From the sequence record MZ475892.1: a stretch of 64,000 bases of DNA, one strand, 5' to 3'. The notes beneath the pieces are model-generated. The model searched no databases, was not told the origin of the DNA, and saw only the letters and a program-made list of their open reading frames with translations. Of this stretch, positions 61,410-64,000 are shown one piece after another; the first letter of the stretch is position 1, and every line of letters begins with the position of its first letter. Both the position numbers and the translations under genes were made by a program.

Positions 61410-61430
61410 ATTAATCTCCTTTGTTGCTCT

Positions 61431-61438
61431 GAAATTAT
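61431..61438 (-). promoter_or_regulatory. Putative late-class promoter motif ATAATTTC
   Basis: 22 bp upstream of ATG 61409 in the divergent intergenic region. Confidence 0.5.
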
Positions 61439-61507
61439 TGTGCTGTTTCCGTGCCTTTCACATCAAAAATATTTATTTAGTAGCACAATGAAAATACGGA
61501 GTTTCAT

Positions 61508-62056
61508 ATGCGCGTTCTTTCAGGCGACCCGGGTAAGGTTAACTTCGCGCTGTCTGTCCAGGAGTTCAAGGACAAACGCATTACTGTTATAGGCACTCGC
61601 ATGTTCCGCAGTCCTATTCAGAACCTGCATTACGATATGCGTCAGCCCACAAAAGAGTTTCTTGCCGAGCTTGAGCTAATATGGAAACTCTACGGACCGT
61701 TCGATGCCATGTGCTTTGAGCGCTTCCAGTCGCGTGGTCTTGGCGGCAACACCATTGAAGCTATCAGCCTCATGCTCGGTGTCATATCGTTCTTTGCGTT
61801 GAAGAAGAAATGCCCCCTTGATTTAATCACTGCTAGTCAGTGGAAAAATGCTTTCAACCGTAGCATGGACCTTAAAGGCTATTATGCGGAATATAATCTG
61901 ACGTCAAAGAAAAGCCAAAAAGCAATTCATGAATTTGATGCGAGCCTCATTGGCGTCTATACCTTCTATCGTCATTCAGAAATCAAACCGTTTGCAGGCT
62001 TCAATCGTATCATCGATGCGTATGTTCCACGATTCCTGGAAGCACCTGTTCTTTGA
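61508..62056 (+). CDS. ruvC: RuvC-like Holliday junction resolvase
   Basis: VLSGDPG, CFERFQ, ASQWK and HEFDA acidic catalytic pattern; GGAG RBS. Confidence 0.8.
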   Translation: MRVLSGDPGKVNFALSVQEFKDKRITVIGTRMFRSPIQNLHYDMRQPTKEFLAELELIWKLYGPFDAMCFERFQSRGLGGNTIEAISLMLGVISFFALKKKCPLDLITASQWKNAFNRSMDLKGYYAEYNLTSKKSQKAIHEFDASLIGVYTFYRHSEIKPFAGFNRIIDAYVPRFLEAPVL

Positions 62057-62065
62057 GGAAATGAA

Positions 62066-62401
62066 ATGAGCATTGAACTTGAAACCCGTGTAATGAACAT
62101 GCTGGCAGGTATTAGCCGTCATCTGGTTAAGCTTGGTAAAGGTGATGTGGCTGCCTACCAAGATCGTTTCTTCTTTGAGCATTCATTCAGTACGCTGAAC
62201 AAAGAAGACGACGAGACCGATGTGGTCGCTGTGTTGCGTGAAAAGATTGTGGCAGAACTTGCCGTGCGTGATATTGCACTGGCCGAAGATTATCAGCCTG
62301 TACTTACCTACAGACCGATGATTCTGCATCCGACAAACGAAGGTGAGTTCGTGTCGATCGTGGTTGGTTTCCCACTTGATGCACCAGTGGTCCTGCCATA
62401 A
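62066..62401 (+). CDS. Hypothetical protein
   Basis: 111 aa; GAGGA RBS. Confidence 0.7.
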   Translation: MSIELETRVMNMLAGISRHLVKLGKGDVAAYQDRFFFEHSFSTLNKEDDETDVVAVLREKIVAELAVRDIALAEDYQPVLTYRPMILHPTNEGEFVSIVVGFPLDAPVVLP

Positions 62402-62403
62402 AT

Positions 62404-62412
62404 TCTGTAAAT
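62404..62412 (+). promoter_or_regulatory. Putative replication-class promoter motif TCTGTAAAT
   Basis: The motif flips to the plus strand together with the genes; 34 bp upstream of ATG 62446. Confidence 0.5.
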
Positions 62413-62445
62413 GATCTTACTTGGTTAACCTGTAGGATATTTGCG

Positions 62446-63105
62446 ATGGCGAAGTCAGTGAAAGAACGAAAAGCGGTTACGAAGATCGCTAAAACAAAGA
62501 AGGGAAAAATTCCTATTCGCATTATCGAGGACACGCGCCCAATAGTCATTTGCCCCGAGATGGAAGACAAACCTCGTCCGTTTCGTTTTCGCGGTCAGTG
62601 CCCGATAACAACCTGCCAGTATTGCACACGCGAAACTGCAACTGGCTGCATGTCGTTAGACCGTAAAGAGTCTTCCGACCGTTCTATCTCTAACCGCGAG
62701 ATTGCGTACTATAAGCGTAGCCTCTTTCCTGAACTTAAAGAGATGGATCAGAAACAGTTGGACACGACTGTTCGACGGGCACAGACTCGTACCCGTACTG
62801 CTATCTGTCTCAATATGTTTATTGCCTCCGTTGATGATTCTGATTCTGATCGTTCATTTCAGTACGTGAAAGGCAGACACCCGTCAGTGGACAATGTGCA
62901 TAACTACATGGTTCAAACCTTTACCGACTACAGACCTTGGATGCTCGCCTATCTTGATGATGAGCAGCGCTTCGAAGAACTGGTCGGTAAGATAGCAAAT
63001 TCTGAATTTAATTTAGGTACAGCTCTGCGTCTTACGCCTCGTAAGTATCAGGTGTTCTGCAAAGCTCTAAACGACCTTAAACAATCTGGAGAAACCAATG
63101 AGTGA
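62446..63105 (+). CDS. Hypothetical protein with a Cys cluster and basic N-terminus (possible Zn-binding DNA-binding protein)
   Basis: CPITTCQYC...GC; AGGA RBS. Confidence 0.6.
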   Translation: MAKSVKERKAVTKIAKTKKGKIPIRIIEDTRPIVICPEMEDKPRPFRFRGQCPITTCQYCTRETATGCMSLDRKESSDRSISNREIAYYKRSLFPELKEMDQKQLDTTVRRAQTRTRTAICLNMFIASVDDSDSDRSFQYVKGRHPSVDNVHNYMVQTFTDYRPWMLAYLDDEQRFEELVGKIANSEFNLGTALRLTPRKYQVFCKALNDLKQSGETNE

Positions 63106-64000
63106 TAACTTCATTACTCTTGAGCAATATCGCGCGATGATTGAACGCAACATCCTGACCGAACCCGCGATGTTAGTCAAGAACCAGACTCAGCCACTTG
63201 GGCGAATCATCTTCCAAGCGCTGGGCGACAACATGCAGATGAAGGACATCATTGTTCCTGACTCTCGCAACGCGATTGACCTGACGCAGCAAGCGCCGCT
63301 GTCTAACCTGCTGGCCAGCTCGCAACTCAAGTCGCTGATTCAGCTTCGCCGTCTGGTAATCTTGAATCCGGATGATATGCCTGCACCAGAGCAAGGCATT
63401 AAGAAGCCTACTCTGTCGCAAGAGCCTGTTGCTGGCGCTACCTCGATCGATGGTACTACGATTCCAAACGCGACTGTTATCGTTGAGCAAAACGGTAACG
63501 TCTGGACTGGTACTTCAAACGGTAGCGGTGCTTTCACTGTTGACGTGTCTGGCCTTGCAGAAGGTCCATTCAGCGTAACAGTCACTGCCGACAACTATGC
63601 GCCTTCGCGCTTCACCTACACTGCTGGTCCTCAGCCGTTGCAGCCGTACCCTGAACCTACTATTCATGCAGTCTTCAAAGAGACTCAGGTGACAGGTACT
63701 ACTGTGGCTGACGCGAACATCGTCGTCGAATTCGGCGGCAAGTCGTTCACAGGTCAGGCTACTAACGCCGGGGACTTTACCGTACCAACTGACGCGCTGC
63801 CGTTCGACACCATCGTCGTCAAATTTGTCGCCGAAGGTTATCTGGATGCGCAGCGTAGCGTCAACACTTCATCCGTACCAGGCACTGCTACCATCAGCGA
63901 TCTCAAGTACCTCGTTACTGAAATCAATGGTACTGCAAGCCCTAGCGCTCAAGTCGAAGTGCTGGTGGATGGTCAGTCTAATCAGATCGTTAACGCGAAC
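63098..64000 (+). CDS. Partial Ig-like (Big)-repeat virion protein, runs off the window end
   Basis: Not in track; ATG 63098 with GGAG RBS, open for 301 codons: MSDNFITLEQY...GTTIPNATVIV...GAFTVDV...GTTVADANIVV...GTASPSAQVEV. Confidence 0.8.
   Translation, partial: MSDNFITLEQYRAMIERNILTEPAMLVKNQTQPLGRIIFQALGDNMQMKDIIVPDSRNAIDLTQQAPLSNLLASSQLKSLIQLRRLVILNPDDMPAPEQGIKKPTLSQEPVAGATSIDGTTIPNATVIVEQNGNVWTGTSNGSGAFTVDVSGLAEGPFSVTVTADNYAPSRFTYTAGPQPLQPYPEPTIHAVFKETQVTGTTVADANIVVEFGGKSFTGQATNAGDFTVPTDALPFDTIVVKFVAEGYLDAQRSVNTSSVPGTATISDLKYLVTEINGTASPSAQVEVLVDGQSNQIVNAN

Overview
This 64 kb window comes from a large (jumbo-type) myovirus genome. It is densely coding and almost entirely on the minus strand, switching to plus at about 61.5 kb. 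No tRNA, rRNA, CRISPR array, transposase, intron or intein was recognised. Gene content, in order: (1) 1-10.9 kb, tail sheath plus a block of Ig-rich and paralogous fibre/whisker-like virion proteins; (2) 11-22.3 kb, replication block with DHH phosphoesterase, J-domain protein, SF2 helicase, probable beta-clamp and a family A DNA polymerase with a UDG-like N-terminus; (3) 22.4-38.1 kb, late block with a 1944-aa SNF2 helicase, HNH nuclease, head/neck-like proteins and a histone-H1-like protein; (4) 38-52.6 kb, SbcD, SbcC, SLOG, Tlde1-like peptidase, GH108 endolysin, an ADP-ribosyltransferase-like protein and a DnaX-like clamp loader; (5) 53-64 kb, nucleotidase, a minimal PolA-like protein beside a phased-repeat region, a neck-like protein, RuvC and an Ig-domain protein. 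By inference the content resembles the Erwinia Y3 / Dickeya AD1 / Pseudomonas Lu11-PaBG type of jumbo phage; I did not verify this by search. The main unexplained signals are: a shared N-terminal leader on about 9 unrelated proteins (a candidate capsid-targeting cargo system that includes the ART); a second, exonuclease-less PolA-fold enzyme next to a candidate origin; two phage-specific promoter-like motif classes; and a structured intergenic region of about 400 nt. Several start codons were moved from the ORF track to RBS-supported ATGs, and three ORFs missing from the track were translated by hand.
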